Of a stretch of 64,000 bases of DNA, positions 27,266-36,170 are shown piece by piece; positions within the stretch are counted from its first letter, which is position 1, and each line of letters starts with the position of its first letter. The stretch comes from a virus. Taxonomy: Duplodnaviria; Heunggongvirae; Uroviricota; Caudoviricetes; Ackermannviridae. The stretch lies in the IMG/VR virus record IMGVR_UViG_2974499353_000001, positions 40,721 through 104,720 of that record, one strand, 5' to 3'. The position numbers and the translations under genes are program-made. The notes under the pieces are model-generated. The model did no database searches. It was not told where the DNA came from and worked only from the letters and a program-made list of their open reading frames with translations.

Positions 27266-28058
27266 TATTTTGTTGCTCCCGTTCTAATGCTCGTTTCTTT
27301 GCTTCTTCCCAATCTGGTTCCATAGAACATATTTCGTCTTCCAGATTGAATTGAGTAGAGCCGAAGTCATAGTCTGAATTATCTTCGGCGTCGGCGGTAA
27401 TGGTATTTTCACTCTTTGTGAGACATTGAAGTATACCGCGAGGAATTTTCTTATTCTTTTCCTCTTCTTTGATGGCGATTTGCTTTTGGCGTTCCTTTTC
27501 GCGCTGTGCTTCTTTCTTAGTTTCAAAATTTCCGATACGCTCACGGAAGTCCATTGTTATACCAGTGCTGTCTACGAATGTCTGTTGCTGGAAGTCTGGG
27601 TCATCTGATAATGCAGCGAAACCACCTGCTTCTTCAAATGAACGCAACTTGATATAATTGTGTTCTTCTTCACTGGTGAGTTTCTTGGCGAATGAACGAT
27701 CGGCGCACATCGTTACCCAAGAGAAGAAATTGATTTTTCCTTTCTTGCCGATATGACTGACGTCAAATGTATGGAGGTAACGAAGGATGTTGACAACGGC
27801 CTCACTGACCATGTCTTCGCGGTATGGATAATCACGATAGTTGTAGCGCATACTCATGTTCTTAATAATCATCTGAACATTCATGGCCACATAATTGGGG
27901 ATTCTTGGTAGGGGTGTTCCTTCGGCCAAAGCCTTTTTGCGAGCCGGAATCCAATCTCTCAATATTCCAACAACACGGTCATTATCTTCGTCTGTGAAAT
28001 ATTTGGTGACGTTATCACCCCTGTCTACAAAATTCATACCCATCGTGATAATCCTCAA
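27252..28058 (-). CDS. 55: Late-transcription sigma factor gp55 homolog with a long acidic C-terminal extension
   Basis: The core is positioned like T4 gp55 (ILRDWIPARKK..., NYVAMNVQMIIKNMSMRY, AVVNILRYLHTFD). Adjacent to 47, as in T4 apart from alpha-gt. 268 aa versus about 185 aa in T4. Confidence 0.6.
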   Translation of the reverse strand: MRIITMGMNFVDRGDNVTKYFTDEDNDRVVGILRDWIPARKKALAEGTPLPRIPNYVAMNVQMIIKNMSMRYNYRDYPYREDMVSEAVVNILRYLHTFDVSHIGKKGKINFFSWVTMCADRSFAKKLTSEEEHNYIKLRSFEEAGGFAALSDDPDFQQQTFVDSTGITMDFRERIGNFETKKEAQREKERQKQIAIKEEEKNKKIPRGILQCLTKSENTITADAEDNSDYDFGSTQFNLEDEICSMEPDWEEAKKRALEREQQNNGDC

Positions 28059-28597
28059 ATACCAATGAATTCATTGAAAGAACCAACGACTTTCTTGACC
28101 GAGAAACGGTTATTTTCAAGAACCATTGAACTATCTTCTTTGGCTCTAACGCTCCACTGATCCGCAATTTCGTTGCCCATCGTTCCTGCATGACCTTTCA
28201 CCCATTTTAATTCAAGTTCACAAATTGAACAAACTTTGTCATAATAATCGAACAACTCGAGCAGAAGTTCTGTGTTCTTAGGCGGCATTCCTTCATATTC
28301 CCATTTACGACGCCACTCCAAAACGCTATTGATAACATATTGGCTGTCGGATATAATGCGGGCTGGGGGAATGCAGCGTTCACCGCAATTAGAGAATTTC
28401 CATAGGATCTTCATCGCGTTTATAACCCCGAGTAACTCAGCTATATTGTTCGTTGACGGCGGGGGTAAATACCCATAAAACACTTTCCATTGCTCTCCAG
28501 TGATTGGACTGATGGCAAATGCCCAACCAGCGGCTCGTGTCTTCTGAGGGGATGATGCCCCGTCAGTGTATATTTCAATCATGTATAAGTATCCCAA
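28055..28597 (-). CDS. rnhA: Ribonuclease HI (RnhA-type)
   Basis: Motifs IEIYTDGAS, NNIAELLGV, VKGHAGTMGNEIAD, which carry the D-E-D-D catalytic residues. The start may be the internal ATG at 28582. Confidence 0.8.
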   Translation of the reverse strand: MGYLYMIEIYTDGASSPQKTRAAGWAFAISPITGEQWKVFYGYLPPPSTNNIAELLGVINAMKILWKFSNCGERCIPPARIISDSQYVINSVLEWRRKWEYEGMPPKNTELLLELFDYYDKVCSICELELKWVKGHAGTMGNEIADQWSVRAKEDSSMVLENNRFSVKKVVGSFNEFIGI

Positions 28598-28624
28598 ACT
28601 GGTTTTATCGATGAGGAACGAATC

Positions 28625-29392
28625 ATGTCAGAACGCGCATATCGTTTCAGTCTGACCGCCCCAGAAATTGAGCGTTTGCTCTTGTCTATAAATGATTCCA
28701 TACAAAAGCTGGACATCATTTATGACTACACGGCGGGTGGGACTGAAGGTCAAGTCGCAGCTGCGTCAGCTGTCAAAAACATGTGGCTAAAACTCAATGA
28801 GATGGTCACAGGTGAAGGTCTTAAAGACGCAATCAATGCAGCTAACGACAGCAACGTATTCACCGATTATTATAAGTCTATTTTAGATCGCGAAACTTGG
28901 AAATTTATTGGTTCTCCGGCAGATTTATTAGCAAGGGACGATATAGACACTTCCAATTTTGAAGGCGGTGAAGTAATCCTCCTACAAAAGAACGCTTCGG
29001 GCAACCCAGAATTCCAATACTGGAAAAGAACTCCTGTGGCAGGAGGTGATCCAATATTTGGTTGGGAATCTGTTTATGAAGGAAACTCCAACGACTCTTC
29101 TATTGATATTCCGGTTGTTGGGACCAGCATACTGAAGACAATCCCAAAAGCATTGTTTCATATGGTCGAATTCCGAGTACACGCTCGAGAGTCTACCCTC
29201 GGTCATTGGCAGGACACTGATGGCAAAATCGGTTATCGTGGTGAAGATCTGATTTATAGCCTGTATAATCATGTTCAAACCAAACCGATCGCAAATATAT
29301 CTTTCAGCCAAGATGTGGATAATATGATCATCACGATAACGACACTTGAACCAAATATCAAGTGCCATTTATCGTTTATTGCAGGTTATTAA
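28625..29392 (+). CDS. Hypothetical protein (255 aa). Lone plus-strand gene divergent from rnhA.
   Basis: Clean ORF. No motif. Confidence 0.5.
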   Translation: MSERAYRFSLTAPEIERLLLSINDSIQKLDIIYDYTAGGTEGQVAAASAVKNMWLKLNEMVTGEGLKDAINAANDSNVFTDYYKSILDRETWKFIGSPADLLARDDIDTSNFEGGEVILLQKNASGNPEFQYWKRTPVAGGDPIFGWESVYEGNSNDSSIDIPVVGTSILKTIPKALFHMVEFRVHARESTLGHWQDTDGKIGYRGEDLIYSLYNHVQTKPIANISFSQDVDNMIITITTLEPNIKCHLSFIAGY

Positions 29393-31110
29393 ACTTCAAA
29401 TACTGCATCGGTGAACCAGGTTGGGAAGAACTCTGGGTTGCGCATCATAAGAGATTCAAAGGAAGAATCGATTATGTATGTTGCAGCCCAGTCATCCACA
29501 CCCCTGACCGAACGTCCACACATCTGAACAATGCGCAATACTGCGTTGCGGAAGTACGCAGACGGATCCACTGAATTAATATGTGCGATCAATGGATCAC
29601 CCAAATAATCGTAAGGAACTTTGATCAGTATTTGGAATCGGCTGTAATCACCTTTGAAGTCATATCCTTCTTCCATGGCCGGACTGGCAATAACACAAGG
29701 TGTTTTTGTCCTGAAGGCATTTTCCATAATATCCATCAACGCCTTTCGAGTGCGTGGCACATGGATAAAGTTCTGGTATTTGCTGAATTTTTGTATTGCT
29801 AATGCGCGATCATAGCTCACTGTATGTATGATGCCAGATTGCCCTGGATGGAATGCGATTATTTCATCAATGTATTCCGTCAGCCTTTTCATTTCATAAT
29901 CGCCCATGTTGTTGGTCATCTTAACGATGGGCATATAGTTGACTTTCCGATTTTCAATTGGGATTGGATTTCCAATCTGTATTGAATGATAATCCCCCTG
30001 GCGGATACCCAAGGAACGGGCATATGAATCGATTCCGCAGATTGTTGCCGACATATGAACATGGTAATCGGCTTTCCTGAACAATCCAAATTCACTTACA
30101 TCAGAAGGCATGACGGGTTTAAACCGAATAAAGTCATCTCCCTTTTCCTGTACGATAAAGGTGCTGGCCTTTGTCTGAGACATAATACCACAATAATCAC
30201 TCAGATTGTGTAGTACATCGATAATGTCGGCGAGTTTCATCACCTGGCTTTCACTCAGGCGGTCATCTTCAACCAATTCTTCAAGAACTTCCAACAAAGA
30301 CTCCACTTTAAGATGGAGGTCTTCAAACATCGAATGCATTTCACCGGACAAGGAATACAACTTGCCCAAGACATAGTCCTTGGTGCGTTCTACGATATCG
30401 GCAATGATAGAGACTATCTCCTTCCCTTCGGGGATAGTTCGCAGCCCATCCACAGCCTTTGTATTGTATTCCATTATCGTGTGCTCTAGGAGCGTAGAGG
30501 GCATCTTATGACACTCGTCTAAGATCAGCATATCGGAACGGTTTTCAGGCTTCATACAGATGGTGGTGCACATCTCAATCATCATAGCTGCATTAGTGCA
30601 ACGCAATGACGAAATATCAGTCCATAAATTGCGCGCCTGTACATAAGGACAACGGCGTTTGCTACAATGCCCGTCACGGCATGCTATACGGCATTGGACA
30701 GCATTGTAATACACATCTGGATGTACGTGGCAACGATAGTTCTTCTTGCCTTTTAGGATGTCTATCGCCACCGCCTTTTCAGCAGCATACTGATCTTGCA
30801 GACCTTTGGTCGGGGTGCTGATAGAAGTGCGAAATTGCCCATAAGGATCAGCCTGTAAAACTAGATGGCGAATCACTTTATGAATGGTAGTGCCAATCAA
30901 AGATTTACCGACACCTGTCGGAGCTTCAATGATGACATGTTTAACCTTTTTGTTGACCAAGGCATCAACGGCTTCGACGATACATTCCATCTGGCCTTGG
31001 TTCGCCTTGTCATATGGAAATTCGTTTTTGGCAAGGCTTTGTATTTCTTCTATAGGAACCTTACGGCCTATGGCGTCAATTGCCTTTCGGTATTGATTAA
31101 ATGCTGTCAC
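29389..31110 (-). CDS. DinG/XPD(Rad3)-family SF2 helicase with an Fe-S cluster domain
   Basis: Walker A motif EAPTGVGKS, DECH box, four-Cys cluster (CHVHPDVYYNAVQCRIACRDGHCSKRRCP). GTG start with SD AAGGAGGAAC. Confidence 0.7.
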   Translation of the reverse strand: MTAFNQYRKAIDAIGRKVPIEEIQSLAKNEFPYDKANQGQMECIVEAVDALVNKKVKHVIIEAPTGVGKSLIGTTIHKVIRHLVLQADPYGQFRTSISTPTKGLQDQYAAEKAVAIDILKGKKNYRCHVHPDVYYNAVQCRIACRDGHCSKRRCPYVQARNLWTDISSLRCTNAAMMIEMCTTICMKPENRSDMLILDECHKMPSTLLEHTIMEYNTKAVDGLRTIPEGKEIVSIIADIVERTKDYVLGKLYSLSGEMHSMFEDLHLKVESLLEVLEELVEDDRLSESQVMKLADIIDVLHNLSDYCGIMSQTKASTFIVQEKGDDFIRFKPVMPSDVSEFGLFRKADYHVHMSATICGIDSYARSLGIRQGDYHSIQIGNPIPIENRKVNYMPIVKMTNNMGDYEMKRLTEYIDEIIAFHPGQSGIIHTVSYDRALAIQKFSKYQNFIHVPRTRKALMDIMENAFRTKTPCVIASPAMEEGYDFKGDYSRFQILIKVPYDYLGDPLIAHINSVDPSAYFRNAVLRIVQMCGRSVRGVDDWAATYIIDSSFESLMMRNPEFFPTWFTDAVFEV

Positions 31111-31160
31111 GTTGTTCCTCCTTTGGGTTCTGTTATAGTTTACCCGAATTCCAACAACGA

Positions 31161-31187
31161 AAAAGCCGAGGCATTAACCTCGGCTTT
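31161..31187 (-). terminator. Terminator AAAAGCCGAGGCATTAACCTCGGCTTT after the HU gene
   Basis: Hairpin plus T run on the minus strand. Confidence 0.65.
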
Positions 31188-31235
31188 CTCTTTTAGCCTA
31201 ACACGCTGTGCTAGGCACGACCGCTCTGGATGTGA

Positions 31236-31514
31236 TTACTGGCCGTTGGCAGCAGCTTTCAGACCTTCGCCGACTTTGAATTTAACAACATTTTTCGCTT
31301 CGATCTGAATCGCTTGCCCGTTCAGCGGGTTGCGGCCAGTGCGCGCTTCCTGATGTTTAACTTCAAACGCGCCAAAGCCGACGAATTGGACAGATTGGCC
31401 AGCTGCGACTGCAGTTTTTACGCCGTTGATAAAGGATGCCACGATCTTCTCTGCTTCGCCTTTGGTCATACCCTGAGTCTGGGCGATGTGAGCGATAAAA
31501 TCAGTACGGTTCAT
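31236..31514 (-). CDS. hup: HU/IHF-family histone-like DNA-binding protein
   Basis: MNRTDFIAHIA...GFGAFEVKHQEARTGRNPLNGQAIQIEAKNVVKFKVG matches the HU signature. SD GGAG upstream of the internal ATG. Confidence 0.8.
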   Translation of the reverse strand: MNRTDFIAHIAQTQGMTKGEAEKIVASFINGVKTAVAAGQSVQFVGFGAFEVKHQEARTGRNPLNGQAIQIEAKNVVKFKVGEGLKAAANGQ

Positions 31515-31597
31515 TCGGATTACTCCAGTTAGTTGTTTACAATGTTTCACTACAAGAGGACTACAGCTCACCTAACAAATATTATTGAATAAAGCGT

Positions 31598-32392
31598 TTA
31601 TTTGCCGACGTTCAGCATTTTACCTGAGCCGGATCCGTCAACGATCAGAGTACATTTTCCACTGTTGGCGCATGATTGTAATACCATGTTATATTCATGT
31701 TGAAGATATTCAGGCGTCAGCGAAGTGGTCAGTTTCTGGTTCGCTTGGGCTTCTTGCTCGCGAATTTCAACGTTCTTTCTTGCCGTATCCAATCGTTTGT
31801 CCGCCATAACATTATCACGGATAGACTGCTCAATAGAAGGATCCGTCAGCGCCTTTTTGACCAACACGCGTGTGATTGTGAACATGCCAGGCGCAGCAGT
31901 CTCTAATTGTTGCTGAGTGCGGTCTTTAATCATCTTCTCTAATTCAGCACGTTGGGTGTGGATTGTCATAGAATCAAGAGAAGAAACGGCGTCCATCGAA
32001 GAAGATGCTGCAGCAGTTTTAACTAGATTGAAACCCACCGCTATCGTGCCATCATCGAGTTCAGCGCTCTGGCCAGCAAATTTGGTATGGAACCACGGAA
32101 CCTTTGCGACATTGGGTGTGTAATAAACATCCACATCCAAGTCTTCCAGAGTCAGGTTGTCTTTGGCCTTTGGCGTCATTTTAGTCAGACTCACAACGGC
32201 TTCTTTGGTCGTGTAAACATCCACGCTTGAAACAAAGCTGGTGTAGATCCCCGCTGTTACAGGGTTCATGTCTACTTCACCCCATTGGGTGCGAACGCCG
32301 ACATTACCTTCATCGATAACGCCACCACAACCAGAAAGTAGACTTGCAGCCAGAACCATAATTGCACCGAACACCAATTTCTTGAACATCAA
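31598..32392 (-). CDS. SPFH/band-7 domain lipoprotein
   Basis: Lipoprotein signal MMFKKLVFGAIMVLAASLLSGC. SPFH-like IDEGNVGVRTQWGEV core plus a C-terminal coiled coil. Confidence 0.6.
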   Translation of the reverse strand: MMFKKLVFGAIMVLAASLLSGCGGVIDEGNVGVRTQWGEVDMNPVTAGIYTSFVSSVDVYTTKEAVVSLTKMTPKAKDNLTLEDLDVDVYYTPNVAKVPWFHTKFAGQSAELDDGTIAVGFNLVKTAAASSSMDAVSSLDSMTIHTQRAELEKMIKDRTQQQLETAAPGMFTITRVLVKKALTDPSIEQSIRDNVMADKRLDTARKNVEIREQEAQANQKLTTSLTPEYLQHEYNMVLQSCANSGKCTLIVDGSGSGKMLNVGK

Positions 32393-32598
32393 TGTACCCC
32401 TTCAAAAATATAGATATATGCACCCAATGTGAGTGCGGTTATTGTAACCGAAGAAATCAGCAGCAGGAAAGTTACCCTCACCCGTTTGCGCCAACGTTTA
32501 CTTCGGTAGATTTTAGTCTCTTTCATGTATTTGAAAAAGAAAAATAAAATGAATGTTGAAATTACGAATATGAACAGGTAACGAATTAATCCGATCAT
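32389..32598 (-). CDS. Small two-helix membrane protein (69 aa), translationally coupled at both ends
   Basis: Hydrophobic helices IRYLFIFVISTFILFFFF and VTFLLLISSVTITALTLGAYIYIF. ATGA-type overlaps with both neighbours. Confidence 0.5.
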   Translation of the reverse strand: MIGLIRYLFIFVISTFILFFFFKYMKETKIYRSKRWRKRVRVTFLLLISSVTITALTLGAYIYIFEGVH

Positions 32599-32912
32599 TT
32601 TACACCTGCGTTTTCCACAATCGCTTGATAAATGTGACGTTCAATAGTTCCATCACAAAAACCTGGCCGAAATAAACCAGCTATCGCATCCAAACACTTC
32701 TGAGTCGGTTGAACCGGAATCATAATGTGTTCTTTGTCTTCGACAGGTGTGGGTAAACAAATAACCTGACCAACCGTGATATGGCCTGGGTTTTGGATAT
32801 TGTTGAATCTGGCTAATTTGATATACTGTTGGGCATCACCATATAATTTTAGAGCGATGCTGGACAGAGTATCCCCAGGCTTTACAATATATTTTGAAAT
32901 CATATTTCCCAC
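32595..32912 (-). CDS. LysM-domain protein (105 aa)
   Basis: LysM motif YIVKPGDTLSSIALKLYGDAQQYIKLARFNNI...GQVICLP. Confidence 0.65.
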   Translation of the reverse strand: MGNMISKYIVKPGDTLSSIALKLYGDAQQYIKLARFNNIQNPGHITVGQVICLPTPVEDKEHIMIPVQPTQKCLDAIAGLFRPGFCDGTIERHIYQAIVENAGVK

Positions 32913-33220
32913 CCTGTACTGCGCAGATGCTCGAAATAATCGTTGAGTTCGTCAACATCTTCCATATCAACCCAACGATCATCCAGACCCATATCATTAA
33001 GATCATCATCGGTCAGATCATGTTGATAAATCTGAATGCCCGAAGCATTGCAATAATCCGGCTTGATATTGTTGTTGAACTGGAACAAATCATAATCACC
33101 CAGAGCATTCTTCAGGCGCTGCGCTTCTTCAAATGTTGGAACCTCAACATGAAAGGCGATCCCAGGAACCTGGGGAATATGCCAAACGCGAAATTTAAGT
33201 TCAAACGGTTTATTCGACAT
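32900..33220 (-). CDS. Hypothetical highly acidic protein (106 aa)
   Basis: Asp/Glu-rich C-terminal half (DLTDDDLNDMGLDDRWVDMEDVDELNDY). Confidence 0.45.
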   Translation of the reverse strand: MSNKPFELKFRVWHIPQVPGIAFHVEVPTFEEAQRLKNALGDYDLFQFNNNIKPDYCNASGIQIYQHDLTDDDLNDMGLDDRWVDMEDVDELNDYFEHLRSTGWEI

Positions 33221-33536
33221 GGGGTTCTCCCTGAGCCAGTATGGTTTTCATCTGTTCACGCGTGATAATTGTTTCAACAAGATTCTCATCGATCATCATT
33301 TCGTTTAACAGTTCACAACCCAGCACGTGTGGTCGCGCCATATACGGCATGGCGTTGAGTTTTTCTTCTATGTCAAGAACGCGCTTGACAGTCAGACCCA
33401 TAGAAGAAAAGGGAACAGGATAAAAGAATGAAATAATCTGGTTATCCATCCCGTTTGAAAATCTCACTAATAATACATCACACCATACGCCGGACATATC
33501 ACACCTCCACTGAGTGGGATTTAAGTAGTTCATCAA
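33210..33536 (-). CDS. Hypothetical protein (108 aa or shorter)
   Basis: ORF track. The start is uncertain because the ORF overlaps the upstream gene. Confidence 0.4.
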   Translation of the reverse strand: MMNYLNPTQWRCDMSGVWCDVLLVRFSNGMDNQIISFFYPVPFSSMGLTVKRVLDIEEKLNAMPYMARPHVLGCELLNEMMIDENLVETIITREQMKTILAQGEPHVE

Positions 33537-34170
33537 TTCCTTTCTGTCCCATGTAAGAGAACGGGGTGCGCTGGTAGAACGCCCACAGGACCAACTGAAC
33601 TACGGCACGGGAACGACTTTCGGAACGCATCTCAAGTCCGCGAAAATGTGGTGATTCAGCGGTCCATTGGATCTCTTCACCAAGGTCTTCATTACAAGTC
33701 ACCGAAATGCGGAATTTATGACACAACGCGTCTACTTCTCCATAAGCAACAGTGGAAACCCTGAGTTGTTCTGCATGTGCCCACGGAGTCGTAACGATCC
33801 GCTCGCCCATCACTTTGTCAGAAACGAACCAATCGATCGATTGAGTGAAATCATCGAAGTGATCAACGCGATAGATAATCCCATGACCTTCCATACTTTT
33901 CATGGCATGATAACGCGCATCAATTTCATTATTGTCCATTGCGTTGAAGTCGATGTAAACCCGCCTCGCTAACACAACGTCTTCTGGTTTTAGAGGGACC
34001 ATCGTCGTGTCATTCACCGTGTAATGAAGGATGCCTGTACCACGCCCATGGTCATGTTGGCAATACACGTATTTGGCCCCTCCAACACGGGCGTAAGCAA
34101 TATAGGAAGGTTCAGAGAATCGCAGGTTCCCTTGGTCTGCACCAAGGATGATAGGATAAGATTTGTCCAT
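33499..34170 (-). CDS. Hypothetical protein (223 aa)
   Basis: Clean ORF. No motif. Confidence 0.5.
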   Translation of the reverse strand: MDKSYPIILGADQGNLRFSEPSYIAYARVGGAKYVYCQHDHGRGTGILHYTVNDTTMVPLKPEDVVLARRVYIDFNAMDNNEIDARYHAMKSMEGHGIIYRVDHFDDFTQSIDWFVSDKVMGERIVTTPWAHAEQLRVSTVAYGEVDALCHKFRISVTCNEDLGEEIQWTAESPHFRGLEMRSESRSRAVVQLVLWAFYQRTPFSYMGQKGIDELLKSHSVEV

Positions 34171-34189
34171 GATATAGGTCTCTCAAATA

Positions 34190-34215
34190 AAAGGCGGTTT
34201 AATAATAACCGCCCT
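34190..34215 (-). terminator. Terminator AAAGGCGGTTTAATAATAACCGCCCT
   Basis: Hairpin plus T run after the 34228 gene. Confidence 0.55.
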
Positions 34216-34227
34216 AATGTTATTGAA

Positions 34228-35037
34228 TTATTTTATATCACCAACATACATGTTCAGGGTTTCATCCCATTCTAAACGAACGCGGATGGTTCCGGAATCG
34301 TTAGGGAAAGACAACTTACCACACATATGTTTGTTGGCATACGTTCCGCTCTTGTTTACGGGATAATCGTTCCCTTCACTAATAGCAAATCGTTTAAAAT
34401 TCCGGCTTACCATCATATTGATGTTCGGCCATGGTAGTTGTTCACGCAGAGTTTTACACAGGATGATCTTCCCGTTGCATCTGAATGACACAAATAAATC
34501 ATTTGGAGAAGAATAACGTTGTTCTTGCGGGCACAACTGTCGTATTGAAATGAATTCAGAATCATCATTATTTTCTGCCGGAGTCTTCATAGATTCTTCT
34601 TTTCTCTTTTCAACATATTGTTCGAAAGCCTTTTGACCCACAGGTGGGAGCGGATTATTGGTGACAGGCATAACGGCTGGTTTTATTTCCGGCTTCTCCG
34701 CGGATGATGTGCGAGCGACCCGAAGTTTTTCCTGAGCCTCTAAAATCCTTTCTTGGCGGGTTTTGGGTTTAGTTTCAACCTTAGAGCTGAAATCACAGAC
34801 CGTAACCCAATCACCCTGATCATTGCGTTTGGCAACCAGAGTCAATTTATAGATGATGCCCTGCAGCTTGCTTTCGCGCATAGTATCTGCGAACCAGAAA
34901 GCACAACCCTGCTCAAACTTCTCAGCGAAGATGACGCGCCCGTCTTCGTGAATCAGAATGACCTTTGCTTTGTTGGGCGCGAACATCTTATTCTTTTCAA
35001 CAATCGACTCGGCGATCTTTTTAGTAATAATCATCAC
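34228..35037 (-). CDS. Hypothetical protein (269 aa)
   Basis: Clean ORF. No motif. Confidence 0.5.
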   Translation of the reverse strand: MMIITKKIAESIVEKNKMFAPNKAKVILIHEDGRVIFAEKFEQGCAFWFADTMRESKLQGIIYKLTLVAKRNDQGDWVTVCDFSSKVETKPKTRQERILEAQEKLRVARTSSAEKPEIKPAVMPVTNNPLPPVGQKAFEQYVEKRKEESMKTPAENNDDSEFISIRQLCPQEQRYSSPNDLFVSFRCNGKIILCKTLREQLPWPNINMMVSRNFKRFAISEGNDYPVNKSGTYANKHMCGKLSFPNDSGTIRVRLEWDETLNMYVGDIK

Positions 35038-35084
35038 GAAGTATTTCCTTTCAGTTCAATGGAAGTTAAATTTTAACCTGAAAA

Positions 35085-35405
35085 TTATCTTTGATTTCCA
35101 ACGAAATTAGTCGCTATTTCCCGACACATAGTCAGATCTTTGATCGTCTGTTTGCTATTATCGGCAGCGGACTCTATCATTGGCAAATCTAAAGCATTCT
35201 CTATTTGATCCACGCTGTAGAGATCAAGGCGTTTCAACTCACCTTCATAATCTGATAAAAGGATGGATGTATCTTTATCATCAGGGTGAAATTGTTGATA
35301 AGTAGACAACCAGGCCGCACATATATTCAATTTGCTGGCCGGAGTTGCCATAACTTGGAATGATGCTAACATAGAAAAGAATAACAAGAATATTATGTTT
35401 CTCAT
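35085..35405 (-). CDS. Small secreted protein (106 aa, signal peptide, 2 Cys)
   Basis: Signal peptide MRNIIFLLFFSMLASFQVMA/T. Confidence 0.5.
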   Translation of the reverse strand: MRNIIFLLFFSMLASFQVMATPASKLNICAAWLSTYQQFHPDDKDTSILLSDYEGELKRLDLYSVDQIENALDLPMIESAADNSKQTIKDLTMCREIATNFVGNQR

Positions 35406-36091
35406 CTTTCGTTCTCCTTCATCATATTGTCGCAGTCAATCCGTGTTTGCTTGAGTTCACGCGAAAACCTTGGGTCGTCTAGATTGACAGACAAATTAGT
35501 GGAAAGATCTTTCAATCCGTTCTGAACACGATCCTCATAGTAATAATCATTTTCTACGAGCCATGCTCTCAATCCAAGGGCACGTGTCCGCCATTCCTTT
35601 TTCAAACGTCGATCTGATTCTTGGTCGGCACTATATTCAAACACCTTGATGCATTGGTTGCCATCATTGATCAGATCCAGATGTCGACGCCCGATTTGCA
35701 CACCCTTCTGTAATGCCGGAGAGGGGAGAGAACGGCATTGCCTTACAGTCATACGGCCTTGTGTGCCCATACGGCCAGTCATGATGAGATCGCCAGCCTC
35801 CATGCCGCCTCGGTTAAATTCATCGTCATTCAGGTAGCCTTTCAAGTTGTAGGCTCCCTGTTTGTAACGGTTGAACTCAATCCCAGCATTAACAACTGCA
35901 GTGGAGACGTTACCCGTGTTCCAAAGTTCAGCGAAATTCTCTATGGAACCGGACTTGTCGATAGCGACCGCCTGGGAGAACCCAGCACAGTAGGAAAGAT
36001 CAGACCACAGTTTGTCACCTGTGGAGTTCAGCTTGGCGGCGGCGGGTAATGCCAGACCTGCCAGCACAACCCCGAGGATTAAACGTTTCAT
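35402..36091 (-). CDS. Secreted or periplasmic protein (about 229 aa)
   Basis: Start moved to the ATG with SD AAGGAG. Signal peptide MKRLILGVVLAGLALPAAA/K. Confidence 0.5.
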   Translation of the reverse strand: MKRLILGVVLAGLALPAAAKLNSTGDKLWSDLSYCAGFSQAVAIDKSGSIENFAELWNTGNVSTAVVNAGIEFNRYKQGAYNLKGYLNDDEFNRGGMEAGDLIMTGRMGTQGRMTVRQCRSLPSPALQKGVQIGRRHLDLINDGNQCIKVFEYSADQESDRRLKKEWRTRALGLRAWLVENDYYYEDRVQNGLKDLSTNLSVNLDDPRFSRELKQTRIDCDNMMKENER

Positions 36092-36170
36092 GGTGATTCT
36101 CCTTATTTCATTGGATAAAATGATAGTCGGCTCACCATGTTGAGTAAAGGGTTTCAATAAACTATCGTAT

